A stretch of 63,102 bases of DNA, the filler included, from Klebsormidium nitens (lineage: Eukaryota; Plantae; Klebsormidiophyceae): NCBI GenBank assembly GCA_000708835.1. It is 4 parts of 4 records of this genome, joined end to end, with 100 filler letters (N's around TTAATTAATTAA, not from the genome) between each part and the next. Parts side by side here need not be neighbours in the genome. Positions count along the whole stretch, not along the records: positions 1 to 12,493 come from DF237901.1; 3 more parts are not named here. One strand, given 5' to 3'. The notes below the pieces were generated by a model. The model had not been told where the DNA came from and made no database searches. It saw only the letters and a program-made list of their open reading frames with translations. Positions 1 through 11,311 of the stretch are shown piece after piece (position 1 is the first letter of the stretch; every line of letters starts with the position of its first letter). The position numbers and the translations under genes are program-made.

Positions 1-208
1 TGTAGACCTAGAGGGGAGAATGGAGTCGAGGCCGCCAATCAGAGGCTCAGAAAATGATTTTAAACAACCGTACGGGCCGGCCCTTTACCAGAAGAGTGGA
101 CGCCGCTAGGAGAAGAAAATCAAAAGCCCAATAAACCTCCAACATATCATTGTTGGTTATAAAAGGGGGTGTGAAGCGTTTGCATTAAAACTATACCACC
201 ATTTGCAG

Positions 209-342
209 CGGGCATCATTGCGGGGTGTGCAGTAGCGGCCATGGTTGGAGCTAGCGCGTTGGCGGTTACTGTTTGGCGCAAAAGGAACCGGCAAGGAGTA
301 CCAGAGGATGGGGAAACGCCAGCAAGGACTATCTTAATTTAG
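209..342 (+). CDS. Terminal exon of an upstream type-I membrane protein gene (TM helix plus basic stop-transfer tail)
   Basis: Acceptor TTTGCAG ends at 208. The exon reads GIIAGCAVAAMVGASALAVTVW-RKRNRQGVPEDGETPARTILI*: a hydrophobic 21-mer followed by a basic cluster and a stop. The rest of the gene is outside the window. Confidence 0.6.
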
Positions 343-2229
343 GTTAGGCCTTGAAGCTGACGTAGTACGGTGGTTGATGTTATTTGCCTTCCATTTTGCA
401 AGGATACTAGCTATAGTTCGAGACATTCGGCAGATAGTCCCGAGATCAATCATTATTTCTACCAATACAGGTTAAGTGAGCACAGATTAAACAACGTACG
501 GTGACAACGCTGTACTGTATGTAGCTTGATTACGCCCACGAATCGGAGTTGTTTTCTAAGGTGTTTTTTAGATTAGAGCAAATACCCTGGTAGCCAGACA
601 AAAACTAGATACAACATATAGTACATGGCGCGCGAAGAGAAGCTATAGTATGGGCGGACAAGCCACAACTAGCCGCGCAGATGCACCACGTCGACAAAAT
701 GTGACTCATACTATATGAGGGCACATGAACGAACTCCATGCCATACGCATGCTCATGAACACAAAGAATGCTAACTGTTGGAAAATAAGAGCACGAGAAG
801 CTGTAGAGCCTTCAGCGCTTTGCCTGTCCAAGATCTCAAGTAGAAGGATCGAAGCTTTCGTCCAAAATCAAGTCATGGCACTGGGCGCCCTTTTGAACGT
901 TGTGGTTTAAAACGTTGTACTGCGTAGCCTGGCAACGAGCAAACCATGTGTTTCTGTTGGCCTTGTGTTTTTGTTATAGGTTTGTTGACTATCAATCTAC
1001 CTGGGATCTACCTGCCTTCACTGGCAAGGCTTGTTCCTATCTGGCGGCTAATGAGGCTAGGCATAAGCTAGCTTGCTTTTCCAATCGGGCAATAATCATT
1101 ACCTCCTTCTAAAATGGTCTGCATGCCGCCCGGGCCGTTTTGAAAGTTTTGAGAACGGCTTTTTCTGCCCGCTTATTCTAACGCGATCACACCGTTTTGA
1201 AGCGGTTAGCACCATCCTCGATTCCTCGTGCTCCAGTGAAGATCACGTGGACCGACTGTCACTTGAAGCATGCAGTGGTAGTCTGAACATTTTCTTCTGC
1301 GCTCCCGCTTCCACGTTCCCTCTGTACGCCACCTTTCACGCTTCCAGACGGGCAGTGCGCACTGAATGCGCAATCCACAGGGGTCCGAGTAACCGACGTT
1401 CAGCCTGAAAGTGTCATGATGCAGACTTGTCACCAGTCAGGATTGACTGGACCTCGAACATATAAACCAGCTGCCTGCGTGCCGAGTCTTGCCCGGGTAC
1501 TAAGGCGGTTCCCCATATCTTCGTGCTTTTGAAGATGACGTGGGCTGACTTTCACGTGAAGTACGTCAAACACCTCTGATCACTTTCGTCCACGGGCCGG
1601 CGTGCTTTTGCATAACCGTTCTTTAGTCAGCAGGGCAGACTCATGATGGTCACCGTGACAGCGCCATCCAACGCGACGTCGACCGTTGGATGCAGCTGAT
1701 CGAGGTTGGGCAGGCGCGGTGGTGCGCCGGCGTGCATTTACGTGAGTACGGTTTGACAGTTGATATTTCTTTTCTGTACTTGCGACGTACTTCAAGCTCA
1801 GCTGACCTTGATGTTTTGAGCAGGCGTCGGCGGCTGCGGGGAACATAGAAGTAGAATATGCCGTACCCTCTGTGTCAGACTTTGACGGTTAAAGTGTACA
1901 AAAGGCTTGACTTTCAGCAGTCAGCATGTATGTATGTTTGAGGAGACGTTGCACTGCTCATGTACTTACCTTACAGTCATCATGTGATGCTTCAACTTCC
2001 TTCAAGGGGCGACAGACGTACTCGTGCTTGCATTCCAAACAGAGACTTCTTCTACGAGTTCCAAGACCACCCACATGAGTGACTCAGATCCCTCATGAGC
2101 CCGTGATCTTCCAACCAAAGGTTGTCTTCCGTTCTTCATCAGAGACTTGTTTACGTTCAACCAGCCGGCTCAGCAGCAGCTTACTTTTCCTCTGCCTCGC
2201 AATACCTTCACTCAATCGACGCTCTCCCA

Positions 2230-5200
2230 ATGGCTTCAACACTGAGCGAGCGACGGCTTGCACCTCTCATGCTTCTCGTTCTGACTCTGGTGGTTCATCC
2301 TGGCCGCTTTTGCTTGGGGCAATCGGACCCCAACAACTCAACTAGTGCGCCAGCACCAGTCATTTCCCCTAGTACTGCCAACGTCTCCGTGAATGAGAGC
2401 ATATTTCCAACAGCGCCGGAGGCGGCACCCTTCTGGCCTCCGGTGGGAAACAATGCCTCTGGCAACTTCAGCCCATCTACGCCTACCGCCACGGCTGGTG
2501 CGACCCTGCAGTCGGTCGGCTCAATGACGACGAAGTCATTTGCTCCCTCGACTTTCACCAAGATCTCGATGCAGCCTCTACAGGGCAGCAACAAGGCGTG
2601 CACGTACAAGTTCCAGTTCCAGGTTGGCCTCTTTACCCCGTTGCATACTAAGCGGATGATTGAGCTGATCGTTGTGTCCCGATTTAGTACGTACTGTATC
2701 TGCATTGGCAAGCCCTCAGTCCAGGGTATACCCAAGAAAGCTGATCTCTAAGACGAGCTAGGACATTGCAGATTATTTTCTGATTGACAAGAATCATCAG
2801 TGGGCTTCTGTCCCTCTCTCCGAACACTCCAGTGCCAGTTGGGCTTGCTTTTAATTATTGTTTGATGGGGTCGTCGAGGAGTATGCAATGCCTTAGCAGT
2901 TTTCGTCAGTTCGGCCAAATGAAGTGCAAGATCAAAGCACCCAATATGGACTTCACGTCTCTGAAGATTGCGCAGGAATGCAGTGGGAGCAGAATCACCA
3001 CACATTCAAATGTTGATCAGTTTGAATGTACTCGCAATTATCTGCTCCAGAACGCTGCTTCGATAGTCTGATCATGTCATCCCTAGAAGTGAAATAATGG
3101 CATCATGCTTTCAGGAAGTCTCTACACTGGAAGCTCGGCCTTTAGGTCTTCTTATAACCCCAAGCTAGTAGGCTTACCCCTCAAGCCTGCACCCGTGTCA
3201 AAGAGACCTGATTTGGGAAGACAGCACTTGACTCATGTCGCTGATATACATTGTTTTGAACTTTCAAAGGATGCACTAAAGTCGACTGTAAAATGCTCCG
3301 GTCTTTACTACAGGTGGCAGATGACTCCAACCTCGAGTACTGGATCACATCTGGGTCATTGTGCAACGCAAACCCTCCTACCACCTACGATAGCCACGCA
3401 ACCTTTACTTCAAACGATGGCCTACTCTTGAAGTCGGACACTATATTCAATGGTAGAGATGGTGCTTGTATCATCTTCAAATGCAACAACAATTATTGGT
3501 ATAACCAGTACTGCCAACTGAACACCTACGACATGTCCTCGGAGACCAAATGCGATTCTTCCTGCCCTCAAAGCACCAGGTAAGTGAGGCCGAACCTTAC
3601 GTGTTTGGATTCGTGTGACTAGTTCGTATCCCTTGCTCTCGTCTTCAATTGCCCAACCTACCGTCCAACGAAAGACCCCGGGGTTGCACTGGCAGTTATC
3701 CACGTTCAATGTGGAGCCCAGAAAAGAATGCGTGTGAGTGAAGTAGAGCGGGCTTGGTGCTAGACTAACTAATTTCGTCCTCGACCTTGACAAAACTCTC
3801 ATATGCCAGATCGGAATGGTCAGACCTGCAAGAAGAACTTATTTATCTGGTTTTCAATTGTCGACAAGACTGTGAGAAAGTGAGATCTTGACACCCCAGT
3901 ACTTTCGACAAGAGAAGTATCCTTCAGCTCGGTGCAAGATTCAGCTGACGTTTAACCTTCCTAACTCGAAGAGGATGAAGATTGCATGTCGAAGTTCGCT
4001 ATTGAGATTGATTCTGTCACCGCTGTTTCATTCTGACCGCAGCCACGTCTTTGTGGAGTCTTCCAACGGTTGTGGTTCTTTGGCTTTTTCAGTCGATACA
4101 CTAGAAGAATCCTTGTCCGGCTTGACCTTGTTCGGATTCCTAAGACTTACTGGAATCCCCTCGGGCTGTCAAAAGACGTTGCTTTCTTAGGACGTCTTGA
4201 CTCTTTCTTACCGTCTAAAACATGATTGGCTGGGAGCAATGGCGTATGTTGGCCGTGTTTGAGTTTGTTGCGGCTTTGCTAGTTCAGCTCCGGTTAGGCT
4301 ATTGGCGTGCATGCGGCAGTACTGGAAAGGTCATTTTCTCGACTCCAAGCCAAGATCAGGGGGCCTCTCTCTGGACCCTAATTGGATGATTCGAAGCAAT
4401 TACCTGTCAAACACCAAGCCAGCTTGCAGGTCATGATGTTTCCACCGACCAACGACGTTTTGGTTTCTTGACGTCAGAGTTGCGTTTTCTCTTGACAGGG
4501 AGCGCCCGATCCATTGGGTACTTTACTTCCTGCGCGCGAGACAGCCCAACTTCCTGTAAGACAGCACACCGGCTCCGTTTCAAACAGAATTCCACGACCT
4601 TGCCTTGCAGTTCCTACATGGGCGATGGCGGCCAGAAGGTCACCATCAACTCGGCCGACTACTATCTGTCTCGCCGGGCGGCGCAGGGTCTGAGCCTCGA
4701 CCTTGGGAAAATATGGACAGGCAAAAGCCTGTCAACGGTTGCTGCACAAATCACCGTATCCGACTACGGGTATAGTCAAAATGCGCATGGCGTCTACCTC
4801 CCTAAAGTAGGTGCCCCGGGGACCTACTGGTGCGGTTCAGGCAACATGGGAGCAACCTCCTGCAGCCTTAGGGCGCCCTTCACTGCCTCCGACCGGGTTT
4901 CCGTCTCTTTGAACTCTGGCGGGTCAGTCGTTGTCCCTGGAGGCGCCGTTGACTTTAACACGGTTGTGCTGAACAATATGTATTACAATCTGTTCACGGG
5001 CTACGGGAGCTCGGACGGCCAAGTGTGGATGTACATTGGCGTTTCCTGCACTAGCAGCTCTAACGACGAGTGCAGTCTTGTCCCGGTCTCGTGTCTCAAC
5101 AGCCCCCCGGTCTACGTTCCACCGCCGACAAACGCCCCGGTTTATGTGCCACCACCCACAAACGCCCCGGTTTATGTGCCACCACCCACAAACGCCCCGG

Positions 5201-5658
5201 TTTATGTGCCCCCGCCCACATATAATCAGCAGCAGCCAGCTGTCAACACGCCGGCGCCCTATTGGTCGAGCAATCCAAGTCCGCCTCCCACCAACCAGCA
5301 GCAACAATATCAAGGCAGCAGTGTTACTGGAGCGGGAATCATCGGCAGCTCCGGTGAGAACCGCAGCAACCTCCTCCTCCATGCAATCGGCCAATCAGAT
5401 CTGATTAGATTGATATCGTGAATTCAACGCTGATGATTGTGCAGTAGTCCAAAATTCAAACGGCTGGGCAGCTGACTGTGGAGTGCCTCTCTGAAGTTTG
5501 GTTCGGGAGGTCACAGAGGTCGAGAGAACACTAAGGTCCGGTAATAAATTGCTTTTTCCGCCTAATCTGCAGGAGCTGGGGAGTTTGCTCAGCCAAGCCT
5601 ACATCAAATCTTGGCTGTTTTCGCGGCAGCACAGGTGCTTCTGGCGATCTTGGCTTAA
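2230..5658 (+). CDS. Secreted, probably GPI-anchored, Pro/Ser/Thr-rich and Cys-containing cell-surface glycoprotein, ~495 aa; exons 2230-2622, 3314-3579, 4611-5353, 5573-5658
   Basis: All three introns are GT-AG with matching phases (0, 2, 1), total 1488 nt. N-terminal signal peptide (LAPLMLLVLTLVVHPGRFCLG), AP/SP/TP-rich stalk, Cys-rich globular region, (NAPVYVPPPT)x4 and C-terminal SSGAGEFAQPSLHQILAVFAAAQVLLAILA* (small residues, spacer, hydrophobic tail, no cytosolic tail). Confidence 0.85.
5101..5220 (+). repeat. Coding 30-bp tandem repeat x4 encoding (N/S)(A/P)PVYVPPPT
   Basis: AACGCCCCGGTTTATGTGCCACCACCCACA and variants in exact 30-nt register. Confidence 0.95.
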
Positions 5659-6511
5659 CATCCTTTTGAAATTCAAACTCGGTAAGCAAGGCTTTGATTG
5701 TTCACCGGTGCACACGAAGACAACTTGAACGGGGCTTGAACGACCGATTCTGCATTTGCTAGGCCAGACATAGGACCAATGATTAGCAGCAACTAGGGAG
5801 CCACTTTCCGATCAGCCTTTAGCGACCACCGTGTAATACTTCGAGAAAGATGCTAAAGGCCGAGCAGCCGCGTGCGCCATTAGACGTTGGTTCAGATGGA
5901 TATTATTACAACATGCCTTTCTCGACTGGCCGCCAAAGGGGTTTGATAGACATACTGGTTTATAAGCAGCAAGTGCCACGACTTCATCTATGTACCATCC
6001 TGAGCATGCATAATTGCAACGATCAAAAAGCTATATGACATGATAACTCGAATGAACGGTATAAGCTGAGCAAAACTCTGTGTACGGTCACATACAATCA
6101 CTACTATACGAGCAAGTCGCCGATCTGAATCTGACTCAGCACTGAAGTCTTGCACTTATCATATAAGTGCGATCAAATGGATTTTGGAAGCGTTGACTGC
6201 AAATGAAGTAAGCAAAATCTCCGAATCCAATTAAGTCTCGCTCGTATAACTTGGCATGCACACTTTGTTGAGTCGTTCTCCAAAACTTGCACTTACTGAC
6301 CTGGCTTCTAAAGGCCTCACGCCATACGGCCCTACTGCTAAGAAGGCGCGGCTCGCAGGTGTACACGTACTAATTTGAGCTCGAATGTGTTGCAATGAAC
6401 CGCAGGCTTGTGGCAACTAATTGGATTTGGCATCCAAAGGGCAAGTATGAGGATCCCGTCAGTTGGCAGGACCAATGATGGTACGTTCCTCACTACCACC
6501 AACTAGCAAAC

Positions 6512-7187
6512 CTGGTCTATGTGTTGTCTGCAGTAGGCTAAGCGGCTCGAGCCCTTAGGTGTCGCCATGATAAAGATGGGCAAGCGCTCTACACGGCAGC
6601 AGTATGGATGCAACGGCGTATTGCAGCCAGGGGCACTACAACGGATGCAAGCGCCCTCTCGTCTTTGGCAGAGAGAGCACGTGAGTCGCCATCGATCCTG
6701 CAAAAACAACGTGCTCATTGAATCACAAGCAGCATCTCATGCATACCTAGGATGCAGCAGAGGACAAGCGGCCATCCAAAACAAGCCAGAGCAGCTTAGA
6801 GCTTGGCACCTCCTCTAAGAGGAGAGTGCAGCATTGGTACAGAGTATCCAGCCCCCTCTCTTAGATCATCACGTTCGCACGGCTCGATCCAAGCCCTCGC
6901 AAGCTAGCAAGTGCGTAGTGCGCCGGAGAGTCTGGTTGACTGGTCTCGCCTTACGAGTCGCATGGCTCTAGCAAGGGACTACAGATCCTGCTTCGATCTG
7001 TTTGATGCGCAATTGCAGTCCTCTTTGGACTCTTTGCGTACCTTGGGAATCTTTGCGATATCCACAACCCGTCCCTCGTCGTCCACAAACGTCTGGGGGT
7101 GCCAGATTGCGCAGGTCAGATGAGCCCACGTGCCTTCTGACGTGGGGATGAGCGGGCCGCCGAGTTGCGAGCACAACACGCATGCAC
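6512..7187 (-). CDS. Two exons (7187-7042, 6697-6512) encoding a zinc-knuckle/extended PHD finger (PZP, zf-HC5HC2H type) of a chromatin protein; remainder not located
   Basis: Spliced reading ACVLCSQLGGPLIPTSEGTWAHLTCAIWHPQTFVDDEGRVVDIAKIPK|DRWRLTCSLCQRREGACIRCSAPGCNTPLHPYCCRVERLPIFIMATPKGSSRLAYCRQH. This is the ePHD pattern of BRPF/JADE/ATX-type proteins. AG/GT boundaries are in phase. Confidence 0.75.
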
Positions 7188-7274
7188 CTGGACAAACAGC
7201 AAAGGCTTGAGTCCTAACGAGTTACTCCTTGACTTCGTCTTGCAGCAGCTTTAAGCTTCGGTTCTCTGCGGACA

Positions 7275-7578
7275 AAAGAGATATCTGATCAGCAATCAGC
7301 TTGCAATAATCTAGCTTCATTCTGCATGTAAGCGCTTGCCCCGACTTTTGTCATCTACTCCAACGCGTGAGATTCATAGCCAGATTTTAGTCGAATCCCC
7401 GAAAGGCCTTTGAACTGTCCTCGATGTTGTACACGGCTATCCGTGAACCGACCGTCTGCAACCACCCGATTCTGTCCTTCAGCATACTCCAAGATGCGCT
7501 TTTTCAGCGCCGTTGCCGACAAAGAGCTAGTCAAGTCTTCTTCTTTCAACCAAGCTCGGAACGCCTCCCCACTGTACA
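7275..7578 (-). pseudogene. Isolated 3' tail of the D5-like primase-helicase gene plus downstream flank (second copy of ~55970-56280)
   Basis: GEAFRAWLKEEDLTSSLSATALKKRILEYAEGQNRVVADGRFTDSRVQHRGQFKGLSGIRLKSGYESHA aligns colinearly with the C-terminus of ORF 55231-56184. Nucleotide similarity continues ~90 nt past the stop. Confidence 0.9.
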
Positions 7579-7579
7579 G

Positions 7580-7790
7580 TTTGTGCCAGACCTTGGACAC
7601 TTTGGACACCGTGAAGCCGAGACAGGCCGAAGCTCTGATGAAGTCAGCGAAGGACGACCATGAAGAGTTTGTGCCAGACCTTGGACACTTCGGACATCGT
7701 GAAGCGGAGACAGGCCCAAGCTCTGATGACGTCAGCGAAGGACGACCACGAAAAGTTTGTGCCAGACCTTGGACACTTGGACACGATGTC
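7580..7790 (-). repeat. Repeat family A array (~80-bp units with GTGTCCAA(A)GTGTCCAAG and a TGACGTCA-type core), minus orientation
   Basis: CCAGACCTTGGACACTTTGGACAC...GATGACGTCAGCGAAGGACGACCA units, the reverse complement of those at 48860-49410. Confidence 0.9.
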
Positions 7791-7964
7791 GATCGCAACG
7801 GCTTTAGAAATCGAAAGACAGATCCACCTTGATCTAGATTTACAACGGCATTCATCTATTTGAAGGCGCCCTCTTTGTCTGATTTAAGAACGTCACTGCT
7901 GCTGAGTCGGTTTAGGGCTCGTCGAGCGCCCTCTCTACAAATATCCTCGGTCTGAAAGTCTATT

Positions 7965-8528
7965 ATGTCTGCCGTTAGTCCACCAGATGTTGCCGCAGCA
8001 TCAACGACCACGGCTTCGTCACTGCTCTGGAAGCGGGACGGAGGACGCTTTATTTGCCTCGAACGGCACTGTAACGAATCCGAAATTTGCAGCAAGAGCT
8101 TCATGTCGAAGCAAGCTTTGGAAGGTCACCGAGAGAGGATGGGATGCGAGCCTTACAAGCTTCCGAGCGATCGTGCGCCCTCGAAATATTGCGGCTTGGA
8201 TTCCAAAGCTTTTCTTCAGTTGAAGCGTCAGAGCAACACCGCTGCGGTTTCGAAGTATCGAAGCACTCTTGATGGAGAACGCGCTGTCTTTAGAACACGG
8301 CATATGGCGAGGTACCGCATCATGGCTCGCAACGCGATCCCTGCTCCACCCATGCCGAAGGCACCGGCGTATGTGCGACCGCCCCTGTCGTGGCTCATCG
8401 CGGATGCCGAGCTTCTTCCTAGCAAAGCGTGGGAGATGTTCGATCGCGGCGAGGTCGTATTACACCATAAGACTTGGTCGCTGCACTTCCACCCTGACAA
8501 GGTCGAGGTACGCGCAAGTCATACCTAG
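7965..8528 (+). CDS. Intronless 187-aa ORF: C2H2-like zinc finger, bZIP-like basic segment, C-terminal HPDK motif; probably element-borne
   Basis: CLERHC...CSKSFMSKQALEGHRER; KRQSNTAAVSKYR (N-x7-R); WSLHFHPDK. A diverged inverted copy of the zinc-finger part lies at ~11890-12030. Confidence 0.5.
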   Translation: MSAVSPPDVAAASTTTASSLLWKRDGGRFICLERHCNESEICSKSFMSKQALEGHRERMGCEPYKLPSDRAPSKYCGLDSKAFLQLKRQSNTAAVSKYRSTLDGERAVFRTRHMARYRIMARNAIPAPPMPKAPAYVRPPLSWLIADAELLPSKAWEMFDRGEVVLHHKTWSLHFHPDKVEVRASHT

Positions 8529-8597
8529 CAACGGAGAGCGACACTAGCATCGACTCAGCCAATCTTCGTGTGCTAGGCATCAACAATGTTCCTCTTT

Positions 8598-8752
8598 GGA
8601 CAGAGATTCGTGTACATTTTTAGTAATTGATGTACATCACTCGATATTTTGGACGGATTGGACAGGGATTCGTGTACATTTTTAGTAATTGATGTACATC
8701 ACTCAATATTCTAGACAGAATTTTGTGTACATTTCTAGTAATCGATGTACAT
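8598..8752. repeat. Three tandem ~50-62-bp units, each with two TGTACA palindromes (GTGTACATTTTTAGTAATTGATGTACAT)
   Basis: Directly visible triple repeat between ORFs 7965 and 8872. Confidence 0.9.
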
Positions 8753-9009
8753 TGCTCAAAATTCAAAACAACTGGAAAAGGATATATGTACATCCGTTTT
8801 CAATAAATGGAGCAGCGACTGTGCACAGCAGGGGGCAAGAATAAACCAGCAATGTTCCATTCACCAACGGCGTGCACACTATCTCGCATTCCGGCCACAG
8901 CACATCAACATTCTTCTTTTTGCACCAGGAGGCGAGAGCAAAGACCCTGCAAACATTCGTTGAGCATTTTGCGTGCTCCACGGTTGGCGGCTTGAACCGA
9001 GACGAGACG

Positions 9010-9303
9010 ATGGCTCGCTACGCTACGGAGCTCTTTGGCCCTTTGTACGACAGGCGATTTAAACCGGGCTCCATCGCCCAAAAGTCTGGCGGCATGCCGT
9101 GGAGGGCGTGGATGAACGAAGAATGCGCACTCATCAATGAGTACCGCAAATATCTTCTGGACTTTGGAAGATATAAGACGGAACTAGAGCGCGCGCATCG
9201 AGAGCTAGAAGAGTCCTGGAGGAGATGGATTGAGGAGAATCTTGAGCGGAGGTTTAAGAACTCCAAGGCGTACAAGCGATACGTAGCGCAAGATGCGAAC
9301 TAG
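9010..9303 (+). CDS. Small intronless helical/coiled-coil ORF of unknown function (3' half duplicated at ~12100-12216)
   Basis: MARYATELFGPLY...ELERAHRELEESWRRWIEENLERRFKNSKAYKRYVAQDAN*. The second copy EDLERGHRELEESRRRWIEENLERKFKDSKAYKRNVVQDTN* keeps the frame and stop position. Confidence 0.5.
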   Translation: MARYATELFGPLYDRRFKPGSIAQKSGGMPWRAWMNEECALINEYRKYLLDFGRYKTELERAHRELEESWRRWIEENLERRFKNSKAYKRYVAQDAN

Positions 9304-9439
9304 AGACGCTCGAGCCACTGCGAACATAATCTTGTGACCGTGGCTACATGCATCGATATCGACCGTTCATTGATCGTGCATCAATGCGTGCTTGTAAGCA
9401 ATCGTTTCTGTTGCATGTGCCGGTGCCCATTCGAGTGCA

Positions 9440-9690
9440 GTAGGTGTCCAAGTGTCCAAGCTCCGGCGCAAACTTTCCGCGGTCGCTCATCGCTGACGTC
9501 ATCGGAGCCAGGGGCTGTGTCGGCTCGAAGCTGTCCAAGTGTCCAAGCTCTGGCGCAAGCCTTCCGCGGTCGCTCATCGCTGACGTCATCGGAGCCAGGG
9601 GCTGTGTCGCTTGAAGCTGTCCAAGTGTCCAAGCTCTGGCGCAAGCGTTCCGCGGTCGCTCATCGCTGACGTCATCGGAGCGCGGACATG
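9440..9690 (+). repeat. Repeat family A array, plus orientation
   Basis: GTGTCCAAGTGTCCAAGCTC...GGTCGCTCATCGCTGACGTCATCGGAGC, three units. Confidence 0.9.
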
Positions 9691-10641
9691 TCTCAGCTTC
9701 GCGGGGTCCAAGACGTCATCCATCAAGCCAAGCAAAAAACTACACTCGACACATTTGTTGATAAGATCATTATGGCAATTGTTGAATGGAATCATGATGG
9801 TTGAGCCTTGACAAGTTTAAGTATCGTCATTACACATTCAATCAATTCAACAAGTACCAAATACAAGTTTGCGGAGTATGTACAAATGGGATCCCAATGT
9901 AACGAGAGCATACGAAGCTCGTCCAACGTCCGGCTTGCATTGCTAGTCACTTTGTCATTACCATGTATCCTAACCCGCGCAAGCAACGGACCGTATCAAG
10001 TAGTGTAAGAGCACCCAATCCCTCGATAATAAAATTGCCGCGGCGAGTCGTTGTTCTTTGCCCTCTTATATCCTTTTGTTTCGGCTGTAGTCGTGTTTAC
10101 AAGGACAGATTGCGTGAGCAGAAGAATGCCCTAGAACAATTGAATGAAGCCCAGTATATCTAGAGCACGCCGAGGGCTGAAGCAATCAGTATCAACCCAG
10201 AAGCTCTCATTACAGAGATAGATCTGCTGGCATACATGGGAGGTGGCCAAAAAAGCAGATGCTCGCATGCTGATGTCGAATCTCTCCTGAAGCGAAACTC
10301 AGACTTTTTCGGCCTAAAGCTTAGCCAGCTGAGATATGCATAATCTATCCCACAGCTTGAATGAGCCATAAAACGCCGGCTATGAGTTCTGAACCCTTTC
10401 AATGATAGGCTTCTCATCTTAGACAAACAACATATGTCATCACTGTGCATCAAGTGTCATCTTTCTATTCTACCAACCGAACACGGTGAGCTCATTTGCT
10501 CGACTGATGTAACCAGCAAGCCTTGGACATGCACAAAATTACAAGCAGGTGCTGCCGCTGTTGTCACTATAAGAGGTCTGGAGTTGTTGCTTAAAAATCG
10601 GTTAGCTTCTTGACATGAGGTCTTCATGAAGCTTATCCTTC

Positions 10642-11034
10642 TTATTCCACACAGTTCTTACAAGGCCTTAAGTTCCTCCTATTAGCCTCTTCTATTGTAG
10701 CTTGTTGGGCCTCTTTGGTTTTCCCACAATTTGGGTTCCTGTGGTAGCATTCCCCCGTCTTAGTGATGTAACAAAGGTTAGGGCGAACGTTGGGATTGTG
10801 CAGCGTTGCGACCTGCCACTCCAATGCCTGGACTTGCCGTACATACATCTCGAGTTGACGCCGAAGAACTACTGCCGCCTCATCGGCATTCTTCAACTGT
10901 TGAAGAAGGAGTACACGTTCTGCTTGGCGCTGATGCTTCTCCTTCTCGAGTTCGACTTTGACATTCTCCAATTGCTCTTCCGCTCCTGCAAGGGCGAAAG
11001 ATGAGTGTTGAAACGCACCAGCATTCTCCCACAA
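10642..11034 (-). CDS. Intronless 130-aa ORF: coiled coil plus C-terminal Ada-like His/Cys metal-binding motif
   Basis: Heptad-rich middle; C-terminus YITKTGECYHRNPNCG...ATIEEANRRNLRPCKNCVE* follows the YITxTGxxYH-x3/4-C...A-x3-(G/N)(Y/L)xPCxxC pattern I recall from bacterial and phage proteins. Confidence 0.6.
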   Translation of the reverse strand: MWENAGAFQHSSFALAGAEEQLENVKVELEKEKHQRQAERVLLLQQLKNADEAAVVLRRQLEMYVRQVQALEWQVATLHNPNVRPNLCYITKTGECYHRNPNCGKTKEAQQATIEEANRRNLRPCKNCVE

Positions 11035-11311
11035 GAGCAGAGTTCAAGCGGAAAGTTCACGACGAGCATCATGCTCTCCCTTCGAGAAGGTCAAACCAGA
11101 CTTCGGACGTCAAGCATCACAAAGAAAGAGAACCGATTGCAGATCAAGACGTTCGTTACGCGGCGTTCAGCGCTTACCAATCTTTGATGATCCTGGACAA
11201 CAGAAGCACCAGAGACCTTTCATTGTCACTCTTGCAGAAGGACTGGTGTTGTTAGCTTGGTTGCTGCTTGGTAGATCCCAAGTGTCAACATGCAGTGGCA
11301 GGCTCTAAAGC

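Noticed and set aside
8470-8510. HPDK as evidence of a true DnaJ domain
   Set aside because: The motif is at the extreme C-terminus with no helices III-IV, so a functional J-domain is unsupported.
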